Source: Octopus bimaculoides (lineage: Eukaryota). Taken from it: a stretch of DNA of 64,000 nucleotides. Positions 63,641 to 64,000 of the stretch are shown here, in pieces. Within the stretch, counting starts at the first letter, position 1. Each line of letters starts with the position of its first letter. Location of the stretch: assembly GCF_001194135.2 (NCBI RefSeq), contig NC_068994.1, positions 40,197,844 to 40,261,843 of the forward strand. The letters are read 5' to 3'. Position numbers and translations under genes: made by a program. The notes beneath the pieces are model-generated. The model did no database searches. It was not told the DNA's origin and saw nothing but the letters and a program-made list of their open reading frames with translations.

Positions 63641-64000
63641 CCAATAGAGGGACCAGCTATCCGAGTTGATAGTACCAGGGTAGATAAAGCAATTAAGAGT
63701 ATGAAGACCGGGAAAGCCCCCGGCCCATCAGGAATCACTGCAGAGATGCTCAAAATATCTGGCAGTGTTGGCTATAGCCTAGTCACCCGTATTACAAACC
63801 AGGTGATACACGAAGGAGTCATACCCAATGACTGGTGTAGCAGCATCATAGTCAACTGCTACAAAGGTAAAGGTGATGCTTTAGATACAAATAATTACAG
63901 AGGCATCAAGCTGTTAGATCAGGTTATGAAAGTTACAGAGAGGGTCATAGCCCAACTAATTAGGGAGCGAATCAATTTAGATGAGATGCAGTTTGGGTTC
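63641..64000 (+). mobile_element. RTE LINE reverse transcriptase N-terminal region; open frame of 120 codons continuing off the window
   Basis: PIEGPAIRVD...MKTGKAPGPSGITAEMLK...PNDWCSSIIVNCYKGKGDALDTNNYRGIKLLDQVMKVTERVI...DEMQFGF, no stops. Confidence 0.9.

Overview
AT-rich eukaryotic scaffold with 7 N-gaps (about 2.3 kb), almost certainly an octopus or other coleoid cephalopod. This is inferred from the protocadherin style and the SINE/RTE repeat families. The only host gene I can support is the 5' part of a protocadherin on the minus strand (ATG at 596, open to the window edge, 198 codons: signal peptide, EC1, most of EC2). The ORF track missed it. A splice acceptor sits at 660/661. The other ~63 kb has no further recognisable host exon. 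It is a mosaic of microsatellites, three kinds of tRNA-type SINE, RTE, R4/Dong and Penelope-like (PLE) retroelement remnants, and Tc1/mariner, piggyBac and Merlin-like DNA elements. Most long ORFs in the track are artefacts of simple repeats or N-runs. The most interesting signals are: (1) six minimal type-I hammerhead ribozyme motifs from three PLE-linked families. These include a retrozyme-like 2.4 kb element bounded by hammerhead-containing direct repeats, a 257-bp palindromic double-hammerhead insertion with a target-site duplication, and a family with a non-canonical CUGUYGA core. (2) Two Merlin-like MITEs built around telomeric-repeat palindromes, one of them 67 bp from the protocadherin splice acceptor. 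All structure calls were made by eye; nothing was computed or searched.
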